From Malacoraja senta (lineage: Eukaryota), in assembly GCA_038087875.1 (NCBI GenBank), contig CM075996.1, positions 2,668,001-2,732,000 on the forward strand: 64,000 bases of DNA, given 5' to 3'. A program made the position numbers and the translations under genes. The notes beneath the pieces are model-generated. The model was not told where the DNA came from and did not search any database. It worked only from the letters and a program-made list of their open reading frames with translations. Below, one piece after another: positions 1 to 13,838 of this stretch; position 1 is the stretch's first letter; every line of letters starts with the position of its first letter.

Positions 1-246
1 CCCAGGAGAGTGGTGAGTCTGTGGAATTCTCTGCCTCAGAGGGCGGTGGAGGCAGGTTCTCTGGATACTTTCTAGCGAGAGCTAGATAGGGCTCTTAAAG
101 ATAGCGGAGTCAGGGGATATGGGGAGAAGGCAGGAACGGGGTACTGATTGGGGATGATCAGCCATGATCACATTGAATGGCGGTGCTGGCTCGAAGGGGC
201 CGAATGGCCTACTCCTGCACCTATTGTCTATTGTCTATTGTCTATG
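1..246 (+). mobile_element. CR1-type LINE 3' end with (ctattgt)n tail; representative of about 15 short copies (e.g. 8432-8760 -, 17046-17340 +, 31038-31329 -, 32523-32930 +, 34258-34748 -, 41374-41885 -, 43832-44240 -, 53122-53533 -)
   Basis: Shared 3' UTR gatcagccatgatcacattgaatggcggtgctggctcgaagggccgaatggcctactcctgcacc plus tandem tail. Confidence 0.88.
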
Positions 247-767
247 ACAGTCGCCGGCAGTCACCTCAAAAAATCGCCAAGTGGGACAGGCCCTTTATTC
301 TAATTGGCACAAAAACTGCCCCTCCAATCCAATTCTAATCTTGCCCAGATTGAGACAATTCTACGGAAAGGCACTAGTTTCCAATGTGACGTGTTCCTAG
401 CGTGGATGGGACATGTTGGTCGGTGTGGGCAGGTTGGGCCGAGGGGCCTGTTTCCACGCAGTAGACTGAAGAAGGTCGCCCATCCCTTCTCTCCAGAGAT
501 GCTGCCCGTCCCGCTGAGTTAATCCAGCATTTTGTGCCTATCCTTGGCGACCTCACAAGGGGAGACCGAAACTGGCCACTGCTAAACACTGACACCTGCT
601 GGTCCACACTGGAACTGGAGAAAGAAGATGCATTTCAGAGAGTCCTGGCATAATTCAGCGGGTAAACAGGCCCTTCGGCCCATTGCGTCCATACTGACCA
701 TCAGGCCCCACTTATACTGACCCCATTTCATCCTCCCCATATTCCCATCTACTCTGCCCAATTCTAC

Positions 768-3183
768 CACTGTATCCCAGTGTTATACACACAGACCCGT
801 CCCCACCCCTACTGTACCCCAGTGTTATATACAGACCCACCCCCACCCCTACTGTACCCCAGTGTTATATACACAGACCCATCCCCACCCCTACTGTACC
901 CCAGTGTTATATACAGACCCACCCCCACCCTACTGTACCCCAGTGTTATATACAGACCCACCCCCACCCCTACTGTACCCCAGTGTTATATACACAGACC
1001 CATCCCCACCCCTACTGTACCCCAGTGTTATATACAGACCCACCCCCACCCCTACTGTACCCCAGTGTTATATACACAGACCCATCCCCACCCCTACTGT
1101 ACCCCAGTGTTATACACAGACCCACCCCTACTGTACCCCAGTGTTATATACAGACCCACCCCCACCCCTACTGTACCCCAGTGTTATACACACAGACCCG
1201 TCCCCACCCCTACTGTACCCCAGTGTTATATACACAGACCCATCCCCACCCCTACTGTACCCCAGTGTTATACACAGACCCACCCCTACTGTACCCCAGT
1301 GTTATACACAGACCCACCCCTACTGTACCCCAGTGTTATACACACAGACCCGTCCCCACCACTACTGTACCCCAGTGTTATATACACAGACCCATCCCCA
1401 CCCCTACTGTACCCCAGTGTTATACACAGACCCACCCCTACTGTACCCCAGTGTTACACACAGACCCACCCCTACTGTACCCCAGTGTTATACACACAGA
1501 CCCGTCCCCACCCCTACTGTACCCCAGTGTTATATACACAGACCCATCCCCACCCCTACTGTACCCCAGTGTTATACACAGACCCACCCCTACTGTACCC
1601 CAGTGTTATACACAGACCCACCCCTACTGTACCCCAGTGTTATACACACAGACCCGTCCCCACCCCTACTGTACCCCAGTGTTATACACAGACCCACCCC
1701 TACTGTACCCCAGTGTTATACACACAGACCCGTCCCCACCCTACTGTACCCCAGTGTTATACACACAGACCCACCCCCACCCCTACTGTACCCCAGTGTT
1801 ATACACAGACCCACCCCTACTGTACCCCAGTGTTATACACACAGACCCACCCCTACTGTACCCCAGTGTTATACACACAGACCCATCCCCACCCCTACTG
1901 TACCCCAGTGTTATACACACAGACCCACCCCTACTGTACCCCAGTGTTATACACACAGACCCACCCCTACTGTACCCCAGTGTTATACACACAGACCCAC
2001 CCCCTACTGTACCCCAGTGTTATACACACAGACCCACCCCTACTGTACCCCAGTGTTATACACACAGACCCACCCCTACTGTACCCCAGTGTTATACACA
2101 CAGACCCGTCCCCACCCCTACTGTACCCCAGTGTTATACACACAGACCCGTCCCCACCCCTACTGTACCCCAGTGTTATACACACAGACCCGTCCCCACC
2201 CCTACTGTACCCCAGTGTTATACACACAGACCCGTCCCCACCCCTACTGTACCCCAGTGTTACACACACAGACCCGTCCCCACCCCTACTGTACCCCAGT
2301 GTTACACACACAGACCCACCCCTACTGTACCCCAGTGTTACACACACAGACCCATCCCCACCCCTACTGTACCCCAGTGTTATACACACAGACCCACCCC
2401 TACTGTACCCCAGTGTTATACACACAGACCCACCCCTACTGTACCCCAGTGTTATACACACAGACCCACCCCTACTGTACCCCAGTGTTATACATACAGA
2501 CCCGTCCCCACCCCTACTGTACCCCAGTGTTATATACACAGACCCATCCCCACCCCTACTGTACCCCAGTGTTATACACACAGACCCGTCCCCACCCCTA
2601 CTGTACCCCAGTGTTATACACACAGACCCATCCCCACCCCTACTGTACCCCAGTGTTATATACACAGACCCATCCCCACCCTACTGTACCCCAGTGTTAT
2701 ACACACAGACCCATCCCCACCCCTACTGTACCCCAGTGTTATATACACAGACCCATCCCCACCCCTACTGTACCCCAGTGTTATACACACAGACCCGTCC
2801 CCACCCCTACTGTACCCCAGTGTTATACACACAGACCCGTCCCCACCCCTACTGTACCCCAGTGTTATACACAGACCCGTCCCCACCCCTACTGTACCCC
2901 AGTGTTATACACAGACCCGTCCCCACCCCTACTGTACCCCAGTGTTATATACACAGACCCATCCCCACCCCTACTGTACCCCAGTGTTATACACACAGAC
3001 CCGTCCCCACCCCTACTGTACCCCAGTGTTATACACAGACCCGTCCCCACCCCTACTGTACCCCAGTGTTATACACAGACCCGTCCCCACCCCTACTGTA
3101 CCCCAGTGTTATATACACAGACCCATCCCCTCCCCTACTGTACCCCAGTGTTATATACACAGACCTGTCCCCACTGGTACTGT
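768..3183. repeat. Minisatellite, 34-42 bp unit (ctactgtaccccagtgttatacac(ac)agaccc(gtcccc)accc)
   Basis: Roughly 60 tandem copies with interspersed 34/36/40/42 bp variants. Confidence 0.97.
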
Positions 3184-4847
3184 AAAATACCCGGATGCTC
3201 CGGTTTCCTCCCACATCCCAAGGACGTGCGTGTTTGTGGGCTAATCTGGATGTGGATGTAGGATGCTGAACGTCTCTAGTTAGTCTCGGCACAGGAACTT
3301 GTACAATTTTATACTGAACAATTTTTTTTTTACTGCCAATTAATCAAACCTACAAACCCGCACGTCTTTGGAGTGTGGGAGGAAACCGAAGATCTCGGAG
3401 AAAACCCACGGGGAGAACGTGCAAACTCCGCACGGACAGCACCCGTGGTCGTGATCGAACCCGGGTCTCCGGCGCCGTGAGGCAGCAACTCTACCGCTGC
3501 CCCACCGTGACCGCCCGATCGAACCTGTGTTAATTGCCCCTAGTGTGTAGGGAGGGAGTGGATGAGAACGAAGGGGCGATGGATGGTCAGCGTGGACTCG
3601 TTGGGCCGAAGGGCCTGTTTCCCTGCTGTATCTCTAAACTAACTCGACATGTATGTGCAGAGAACGAAGGGAGATGAATTAGGTGCAGGGGGGGAGAGAT
3701 CAGTTTAGTTTGGCATCATGCTGGGGCGCAGACATTGTGGGGTTGGAGTTGCAGTTCCTATTTCTATGTTCTTAAATGTGCTCGAGATCCGTACAGTATT
3801 TTAAAACTTTATTTTACTGCTGAACCGCGTATTAAACATTACAAAAAAATATGGATATAATGAAAGATGAGGAATATAAGCTGGCCACCGCGTTACAGAA
3901 AATGACATGTCCCACCAATCTAGTAACGTCATCAACTTTTATACGTAGAAATAACAGCAAGAGAGTGTTTTAACTCTAATTTTAATTCAAAGGGAACATA
4001 GAAACATAGAAACATAGAAACATAGAAAATAGGTGCAGGAGTAGGCCATTCGGCCCTTCGAGCCTGCACCGCCATTCAATGTGATCATGGCTGATCATCC
4101 AACTCAGTGTCCCGTACCTGCCTTCTCTCCATACCCCCTGATCCCTTTAGCCACAAGGGCCACATCTAACTCCCTCTTAAATATAGCCAATGAACTGGCC
4201 TCTCTCCCTCTCTACTGTGTACTGAAGGCGAGTTATGGTGACTGCAGTCTGAACTAGTCAGCTGGCATGAAACAGCTGGATAGCGACAAAACGTAGAGTC
4301 TTTAGACTTTAGAGATACAGAGCGGAAACAGGCCCTTCGGCCCACCGAGTCCGTGCCGACCAGCGATCCCCCGCACACTAGCACTTTCCTACACACTATT
4401 CTAATTTTTACCGAAACCAATTAACCTACAAACCCCGCACGTCTTTGGAGTGTGGGAGGAAACCGGAGCACCCGGAGAAAACCCACGCGGGTCACGGGGA
4501 GAACGTGCAAACTCCGTAAAGACAGCACCCGTGGTCAGGATCGAACCCGGGTCTCTGGCGCCGTGAGGTAGTAACTCTGCCGTGCCGCCCCTGCAGCACT
4601 GAAACAGGCCCTTCTACCCCACTCGATGGACTGAACGGCCTGTTTCCGCACTGCTGGTTGAGTTGGAAGGCTGTTGTCCACGAACCAATCGGTTGGAACG
4701 ACCAACTTTCTCTTTTACACCTTTACTTGGGGTTATTTTTGTTTTCAAATTCAAAATGTTTTTAATCAAAGCTTTCTTTTTATTTGTAATCAAATCAAAC
4801 CTCAGATGCTGAAAGGTGGAAGCACTCAGCTTGTGGACAGGGACGGA

Positions 4848-5468
<621 letters not shown>

Positions 5469-5754
5469 ATGTGATGAGAAAAAAAGGAGAACGTGTTCTT
5501 AAATCCCTGAATCACCGTTTACGAACGTTTCCCCCCACTCTCCTCCTTTATTCCCGGTGGATAAACCGGCCCTCTGGTCATACAATTTACATTGGAGCCG
5601 GCTGCTCACAAAGTCTTCCAATGTTACCAATCGTTAGTCAGCTTGAAAATGGAAAAGGCATCAAATGTGGGAAGGTGTTCGGGGTAACCGAGTCACTTCC
5701 CGTACAAAGTTAATCATAAACTTTTAAAATCGGAAGATATCCTGATTGTATCAC

Positions 5755-7437
5755 TCTGACCGATGACAGCTCTGGACATTCTGAGTTTCTGACCAATGGG
5801 TTGTCCAGATATTCTGACCAATGGGTTGTCCTGGATATTCTGACCAATGGGTTGTCCTGGATATTCTGACCAATGGGTTGCACTGGACATTCTGACCAAT
5901 GGGTTGCTCTGGACATTCTGACCAATGGGTTGCTCTGGACATTCTGACCAATGGGTTGCAACTGGACATTCTGACCGATGGGTTGCTCTGGACATTCTGA
6001 CCAATGGGTTGCTCTGGACATTCTGACCAATGGGTTGCTCTGACATTCTGACCATGGGTTGTCCAGATATTCTGACCAATGGGTTGCTCTGGACATTCTG
6101 ACCAATGGGTTGTCCAGATATTCTGACCAATGGGTTGTCTGGATATTCTGACCAATGGGTTGCACTGGACATTCTGACCAATGGGTTGCACTGGACATTC
6201 TGACCAATGGGTTGCTCTCACCGATGTAGATCAGCTGACATCTAGAGCAGCGGATGCAATAGATGAGGTTGGAGGAGATGCAGGTGAACCTCTGTCGCAC
6301 CTGGAACGACTGCTTAGGTCCTTGAATGGAGTCGAGGGGGGAGGTGAAGGGATAAGTGTTGCATCTCTTGCGGTTGCAAGGGAAAGTACCCGGGGAGGGG
6401 GTGGTACGGGAGGGAAGGGAAGAATTGACAAGGGAGTTACGGAGGGAGCGGTCTTTGCGGAAGGCAGACATGGGGGGAGATGGGAAGATGTGGCGAGTGG
6501 TGGGGTCACGTTGGAGGTGGCGAAACTGACGGAGGATCACTTGTTGTATGTGACGGCTGGTGGGGAAAGGTGAGGACTAGGGGGACTCTGCCTTTGTTGT
6601 GAGTGGGGGGATGGGGAGAGAGAGCAGTGTTGCGGGGTATGGCAGAGACCCTGGTGCGAGCCTCATCTATGGTGGAGGTGGGGAACCCCCGTTCCCTGAA
6701 GAATGAGGACATTTCGGATGCCCTGGTGTGGAACGCCTCATCCTGGGAGCAGATGCCGGCGTAGACGGAGGAATTGGGAGTGGGGGATGGAGTCCTTACA
6801 GGAAGCAGGGTGGGAAGAAGTGTAGTCCAGATAGCCATGGGAGTCGGTAGGTTTGTAGTGGATGTCGGTAAGAAGTCTATCACCTGCGATGGATGGGTTG
6901 TCCAGATATTCTGACCAATGGGTTGCTCTGGACATTCTGACCAATGGGTTGCCCAAACATTCTGACCAATGGGTTGCTCTGGACAGTCTGACCAATGGGT
7001 TGCTCTGGACATTCTGACCAATGGGTTGCCCTGGACATTCTGACCAATGGGTTGCTCTGGACATTCTGACCAATGGGTTGCCCAAACATTCTGACCAATG
7101 GGTTGCTCTGGACATTCTGACCAATGGGTTGCCCTGGACATTCTGACCAATGGGTTGCTCTGGACATTCTGACCAATGGGTTGCTCTGGACATTCTGACC
7201 AATGGGTTGCCCTGGACATTCTGACCAATGGGTTGCTCTGGACATTCTGACCAATGGGTTGCTCTGGACATTCTGACCAATGGGTTGCTCTGGACATTCT
7301 GACCAATGGGTTGCCCAAACATTCTGACCAATGGGTTGCTCTGGACATTCTGACCAATGGGTTGCCCTGGACATTCTGACCAATGGGTTGCCCTGGACAT
7401 TCTGACCAATGGGTTGCCCTGGACATTCTGACCAATG
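5755..7437. repeat. 26-bp minisatellite (ggacattctgaccaatgggttgctct)n in two blocks (about 5755-6216 and 6893-7437)
   Basis: Tandem units directly visible; array split by a Penelope-like fragment. Confidence 0.95.
6217..6892 (-). mobile_element. Penelope-like retroelement internal fragment (RT C-terminal region to start of GIY-YIG endonuclease)
   Basis: Minus-strand translations TDIHYKPTDSHGYLDYTSSHP..SIPHSQFLRLRR and CNRKRCNT..FTCISSNLIYCIRCSRCQLIYIGE (GIY-YIG-type motif); frameshifted. Confidence 0.85.
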
Positions 7438-8211
7438 GCAGCTTGGGCATTCTCAAGATACTTGACCAGAGGGTGGACATGTGATGAGAACTCTCTCCTT
7501 TAATAGAACAAGTTGTGACCTGATCTGCTTGTTCGCTAAGGCAGGAGAAAGAGTAGGAAGGAACTTCAGATGTTGGTTTAAGTTTCTTCCCAGCTGTTAT
7601 CAGGCAACTGAACCATCCTACCACAACCAGAGAGCAGTGTTGAACTTCTATCTACCTCATTGGTGACCCTCGGACTATCCTTGATCGGACTTTGCTGGCT
7701 TTACCTCGCACTAAACGTTATTCCCTTATCATGTATCTGTACACTGTGGAGGGCTCGATTGTAATCATGTATTGTCTTTCCCCTGACTGGATAGCACGCA
7801 ACAAAAGCTTTTCACTGTACCTCGGTACACTTGACAATAAACTAAACTGAACTGAACTGAAACCGAAGATAGACACAAAAAGTTGGAATAAAGGAATAGT
7901 TGATTTCGGTCGAGACCCTTCGTCAGACAAATAGAAGGGTCTCGACCCGAAACGTCAACCATTCCTTCTCTCCAGAGATGCCGCCTGTCCTGCTGAGTTA
8001 CTCCGGCAATTTGTGTCTATATTTAGACTCGAAAAAGAAATTGGATAAATATAGGGCATGTGAATGGGACGAATCAGATAGCTCCTTCACCAAGGTGAGC
8101 AGACGCGTGCTCTTTCCCAGAGGAGTTCCACGTGAGATGTTGATGGCCATTCGGTCTTGATCCATTCCATTTTCTTTACCAGGGCCCGCCAGTAATGTCC
8201 TGAGAATCTTG

Positions 8212-8339
8212 CTACAGAATGAAGCAGCGACTCCGGCCTTTCTTAGCTGGTTGCTGGATCACAGCTCGGATTGCAGCGTCGAAGATGTCCTTCAGCCCGA
8301 TGTCTTTACGAGCAGAACTTTCAACGTATTTAAAAGCGC
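8212..8339 (-). CDS. Divergent Rac-like GTPase coding exon 6 with CAAX
   Basis: Acceptor ttgttttttgtaccactgcag; encodes AFKYVESSARKDIGLKDIFDAAIRAVIQQPAKKGRSRCFIL*; 128 nt. Exon total 576 nt = 191 aa + stop, with no frameshift or premature stop. Confidence 0.92.
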
Positions 8340-9271
8340 CTGCAGTGGTACAAAAAACAAGGAGCCTGGAGGTATGAGTATTGGAGAGGAAGGAACTGCA
8401 GATGCTGGTTTACACAATATGACGAGCGTTAGACAATAGACAACAGACAATAGGTGCAGGAGTAGGTGATTCGGCCCTTCGAGCCAGCACCGCCATTCAA
8501 TGTGATCATGGCTGATCATCCCCAATCAGTACCCCGTTCCTGCCTTCTCCCCATATCCCCTGACTCCGCTATCTTTAAGAGCCCTATCTAGCTCTCCCTT
8601 GAAAGCATCCAGAGAACCTGCCTCCACCGCCCTCTGAGGCAGAGAATTCCACAGACGCACAACTCTCTGTGTGAAAAAGTGTTTCCTCGTCTCCGTTCTA
8701 AATGGCCGACCCTTTATTCTTAAACTGTGTGTGTGTGGCCCCTGGTTCTGGACTCCCCAACGTTTGTCGGCGCCCTGTACATCGCTGGAGTTTAGAAGAA
8801 TGAGGGGGGGGGGACCTCATTGAAACTTACCAAATAGTGAAAGGCTTGGGTAGAGCGGATGTGGAGAGGATGTTTCCACTAGTGGGAGAGTCTAGGACTA
8901 GAGGTTACCGCCTCAGAATGAAAGGACGTTCCTTTAGGAAAGAGACGAGGAGGAATTTCTTTACTCAGAGGGTGGTGAATCTGTGGAGGTGAGAAGGCTG
9001 TGGAGGCCAAGTCAATGGATACTTTTATGGCAGAGATAGATAGATTCTTGATTAGTATGGGTGGCAGGGGAGAAGGCAGGAGAATGGGGTTAGGAGGGAG
9101 AGTTAGATTAGCCATGATTGAATGATGGAGTAGGTTTGATGGGCCGAATGGCCTAATTCTGCTCCTATCACTTATGACATGACTTATAACTCAGCGAGAC
9201 AGGCAGCATGTATGGTTATTCACTTGCACCTCCTCCCACCTCATCTACCGTATATCCGCTGTTCCGGGCGT

Positions 9272-9812
9272 GGACTCCAAATCTGAGGAAGGACATTATA
9301 GCCATAGAGGGAGTGCAGAGAAGGTTCACCAGACTGATTCCTGGGATGTCAGGACTTTCATATGAAGAAAGACTGGATAGACTTGGCTTATACTCGCTAG
9401 AATTTAGAAGATTGAGGGGGGATCTTATAGAAACGTACAAAATTCTTATGGGGTTGGACAGGCTAGATGCAGGAAGATTGTTCCCGATGTTGGGGAAGTC
9501 CAGGACAAGGGGTCACAGCTTAAGGATAAGGGGGAAATCCTTTAAGACCGAGATGAGGAAAAACTTTTTCACACAGAGAGTGGTGAATCTCTGGAACTCT
9601 GTGCCACAGAGGGTAGTTGAGGCCAGTTCATTGGCTATATTTAAGAGGGAGTTAGATGTGGCCCTTGTGGCTAAATGGATCAGGGGGTATGGAGAGAAGG
9701 CAGGTACGGGATACTGAGTTGGATGATCAGCCATGATCATATTGAATGGCGGTGCAGGCTCGAAGGGCCGAATGGCCTACTCTTGCACCTATTTTCTATG
9801 TATCTATGTATG
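9272..9812 (+). mobile_element. CR1-type LINE 3' fragment
   Basis: RT C-terminus EGVQRRFTRLIPGMSGLSYEERLDRLGLYSLEFRRLRGDLIETYKI..FFTQRVVNLWNS; (tatctatg)n tail. Confidence 0.92.
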
Positions 9813-10290
9813 TACAAGCACAGGCTCGGCGATCGTTTCGCTGAACACCTCCGCTCAGTCCGCCTAAACCCACCTGATCTCCCGGTCGCTCAACACTTTA
9901 ACTCCCCCTCCCATTCCCCACACTGGCCTTTCTGTCCTGGGCCTCCTCCACTGTCAGAGTGAGGCCCAGCAGCAAATTGGGAGGAACATGTTTCGCTTGG
10001 GCGGCTTACACCCCAGCGGTGCGGACATTGACTTGTGTAGGAAAGAACTGCAGATGCTGGTCTAAATCGAAGGTAGACACAAAATGCTGGAGTAACTCAG
10101 TGGGACAGGCAGCATCTCTGGAGATATTGACTTTTCTAACTTCAAGTGACCCTTGCTTTTCCCCCTCTCTCTCCATCCCTCCCCCTTCCTCATTCTCCCA
10201 CCAGTCTGACTGCCTCCTGAGTGAATTTTATCTCTATATTCTTCACTGTCACCCTCCCCGAGCTAACAACGATATATTCTATGTTTTGCT
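9813..10290 (+). mobile_element. Penelope-like element 3' fragment (GIY-YIG C-terminus), degenerate
   Basis: KHRLGDRFAEHLRSVRLNPPDLPVAQHFNSPSHS; upstream part at about 9215-9265 is separated by a CR1 insertion. Confidence 0.7.
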
Positions 10291-10699
10291 TGATGGTGTG
10301 TCTGAACCTGTACTGAAGGAGAATTGTGTTTACTGCAGTTTGAACAAGTCGGCTGGCATGAAACAGCTGGATAGCCACAAAACAGTCTTTGGACTTTAGA
10401 GATACAGCTCGGAAACAGGCCCTTCGTCCCACTAAACCCACGCCATCCCCATATCCTAATTTTTACCGAAGCCAATTAACCTACAAAACCCGCACGTCTC
10501 TTTGGAGCGTGGGAGGAAACCGGAGCACCCGGAGGAAACCCACCCGGGTCACGGGGAGAAGGTACAAAACTCCGTAGGGACAGCACCCGTGGTCGGGATC
10601 GAACCCGGGTCTCCGGTGTGTAGGATAGTGGTGGCGTACGGGTGATTGTTGGGTCGGCGTGGGCTCGGTGGGCTGGAGGAGGAAGCCCACCCAACGTAC

Positions 10700-10859
10700 C
10701 GATCTCCTTGGCTTTCTGCTCGCCCTCCTTGCAGCTGACGGGAGCCAAGTCGTTCTCCTTCAGCTTCTCAATGGTGTCCTTGTTGTCCCTCAGGTCCTTC
10801 TTGGTGCCCACCAGGATGATGGGACAGTTGGGGCAGTGATGCTTCACCTCGGAGGACCA
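10700..10859 (-). CDS. Divergent Rac-like GTPase coding exon 5
   Basis: Acceptor ttctccccgccacag; encodes [53 protein letters not shown](G); 160 nt; donor GTACGT. Confidence 0.93.
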
Positions 10860-11344
10860 CTGTGGCGGGGAGAAGTTCACAGGTTCACAGGAGCACAAAT
10901 AGGCCACTTGACCCATCCAATCTACCCCGCCATTCAATCATGGCTGATCTATCTCTCCCTCCCTCCCTCCCTCCCTCCCTCCCTCCCTCCCTCCCAACCC
11001 CGTTGTCATATGTTCGTGAATTCATAACATTTTCTGGCCATTTCATAATGAAACAAGAACATGTTCTTCAGATTCCAGAAGGAACCTGTCTCCTCCAGAT
11101 TCAGGGCATAGTTTCATCTCAGCTGTTATCGGTAGCGATGTTACAAAACCTACCTTCAGCGGCGCTGCGGTTCTGCCACTGGCCGCGTGCGCGACTTTGG
11201 CGCCATTGAGGGGGGGGGGATTAAAATGCCGTTTTCTCCTGCCCGTCGGAGTCGAACTTTCTCCGGCTGTTCAGCTGCTGCAGAAAAATCGCTCCGACTT
11301 CCGTTCTCGGAAGTTTAAAAAACCCAAAAACTATCATATGTGGC

Positions 11345-11697
11345 AACATAATTGTAGAAACTAATTGTTTCAGGACTGGGTGGGGGATGGTCAAGATTAT
11401 AAATAGTGATCTCCTTATTTCTTTTTATTTGTATTTTTATTCTCTTTTTCCTACTCTCTTTTCTTCAACTTTCTTCTTTCACTCTCTTTTTTTTCTTTTT
11501 CACACACTATATATCTCACTTTTTTCTATTCTTTATTATCTCATTTCTTTTTCTTATTTTTCTTTATTATAATTTTAAAAAAAGAAGATGTACATAAAAT
11601 GTATTATGCAAATATATATTAGGCGCTTGGGTGCCATATGACTGTACTCACTTCTAATAAAATAAAATATTTTTAAAAAAAAATAATAATAAAAAAT
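11345..11697 (+). mobile_element. L1-like 3' UTR/poly(A) fragment nested in an unclassified AT-rich repeat (about 11005-12441)
   Basis: Same architecture as 19180-19570 (G-rich patch, pyrimidine tract, acttctaataaa, A tail). Confidence 0.5.
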
Positions 11698-13097
11698 CAC
11701 GGGACAATTTAATCCCTGGAGTAAAATAAAAATCTACTTCTAACACCGTCAACGCCGATGACGGGACGGATCTCACGTATGGGACAAAAACATAATGTAA
11801 GTCGTTTATTTTACATATAAACTTGCTTCTTAGGATGACTTTAATCCAAATTTCATTGGCGAAAATGTGGTTTTGACCCCATACGAACCGGCAGTGTTTT
11901 TCCTGCCGATATGGGGTTCAAATTCACTGCAACCGCAACGTTCCAATCGATCGCGTTCCACAAAAAACCCACTCGCAAGATGATTAAAATGCCCATTAAT
12001 TTACGGGAATTAAACATTAAATTCCTTCCATTTGGCCTATAAATTCATGACAATGAGATTTAAAAATCATGTTATATTGTGAATTCTTGTGTGAATGTTA
12101 TTTGGACACTTAGGCTTTTTAAAAATGTTAACCTTTTCTTAAGAAATGGATAGATGTTTAGATCTAGTAATTGAATTTTGTAATTAGCTACAATTAGGTT
12201 AACTAATTATATGCTTTAATTTCAGGTCATCCAAGTAAGATTGTCTCATATTTGTTTCAGAATGCTTCAATCTATAATAATTGAAAATTTCATTCAGTTC
12301 TCTTAATTTTTAAGAAAGTTATGGGCTTTTGACTGTCCTCGATCACAGCTTTTGTGTTAAGTCAATGGAAAAGCAATAGGGAACAAGATGCTAATTTCAG
12401 AGTATGAAAATGGCCGTAACTTTTTTAATACTGAAGATATGAGGCAGAGAATTCCACAGACTCACAACTCTCTGTGTGAAAAAGTTTTTCCTCATCTCCG
12501 TTCTAAATGGCTTACCACTTATTCTTAAACTGTGGACCCTGTTTCTGGACTCCCCCAACATCGGGAACATGTCGAGACCCTTCTTCAGACTGAGAGTCAG
12601 GGGAAAGGGAAATGAAAGATATAGATGGTGAGGGCGGTTCTGAACTACTATCTATCTCATTTTAGCCCCTTAGACTATTTTTGATCAGACCTCACTGGAC
12701 TTTATCTTGCACTAAACATTATTCCCTTCATCATGTATCTGTACACTGTGGACGGCTCGATTGTAATCATGTATTGTCTTTCCGCTGACTGGTTAGCACG
12801 CAACAAAAGCTTTTCACTGTACCTCGGTACACGTGACAGTAAACTCAACTAAACTGAACCAGACTAAACTAAATGAAACTTTGGGTTGTGGGAGGAAACC
12901 GAGAGCCCCCGGAGGAAACCCACGCAGGTCACGGGAAGAACGTACAAACTCCGCACAGACAGCGTCCGTAGCCAGGATCGAACCCGGGGTCTCCGGTGCG
13001 GTGAGGCAGCAACTCTACCGCTGCGCCACCATGCCGCCCTGACATGTATATTCATAACTCGTGCTTCATTGGTAGGTAAAGTGTGAATTAATTAGAT

Positions 13098-13286
13098 CAG
13101 TGGTTCCCAACCTTTTATAGTTCATGGCCCCCTTGGGCTCTTTTATTTTTCTGTGCCCCCCCCCCCCTGACATTATTAGCGGAAAAAAAGTGGGCCCCCT
13201 TCATTGAACCTGTGGCCCCCTAAATCCCCAAATTTTTCTGTGGCCCCCCTGAAATTAACCATATGGCCCCAGGTTGGGAATCGCTG
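13098..13286. mobile_element. hAT (Charlie-like) MITE
   Basis: TIRs cagtggttcccaacc / ggttgggaatcgctg; 8-bp flanks aattagat / aattagaa (7/8 match). Confidence 0.8.
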
Positions 13287-13775
13287 AATTAGAACACTCA
13301 TTTACATAGATTTGTGTTCAGTTAATCCATTAAAATGTCCTCAACTTTGAATATGTTGCCTGAAAAAAATGTTGATATATATGCGGTGATATATGTTTGT
13401 ATTTGGCCCGGTGGAGCAGCGGTAGAGTTGCTGCCTCACAGCGCCAGAGACCCGGGTTCGATCCCGACTACGGGTGCTGTCTGTACGGAGTTTGTACGTT
13501 CTCCCCGTGACCTGCGTGGGTTTTCTCCGGGTGCCCCGGTTTCCTCCCACACTCCAAAGACGTACAGGTTTGTAGGTTAATTGGCTTCGGTACAAATGTA
13601 AAAATTGTCCCCCGTGTGTGCGGGATAGCGTTAGTGTGCGTGGGGATCGCTGGTCATCGGTGGGCTGAGGGGTTTAGACTAAACTAGATGTGCGTACTGA
13701 TAGCTTCAAGAAGAGCAGGGGGATGTATCTGATCAATCAAACATCTGAGCAAATTGGTGGGATCTCGGCTCTTAC

Positions 13776-13838
13776 CTTCAGCTGGACATTCATGAATGAG
13801 ACAGGGTTGACCAGGGAGAAACAGATGACAAATACATC
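13776..13838 (-). CDS. Divergent Rac-like GTPase coding exon 4
   Basis: Acceptor ccttttcctcttttccag; encodes DVFVICFSLVNPVSFMNVQLK; 63 nt; donor GTAAGA. Not visible in the supplied ORF track. Confidence 0.92.

Noticed and set aside
780..3261. Three overlapping 750-800 aa Pro/Thr/Tyr-rich ORFs
   Set aside because: All are translations of one minisatellite with frame-shifting unit lengths; no splice or domain evidence.
5755..7437. Possible CRISPR-like array
   Set aside because: Units are directly adjacent with no unique spacers, the context is eukaryotic, and there are no cas genes.
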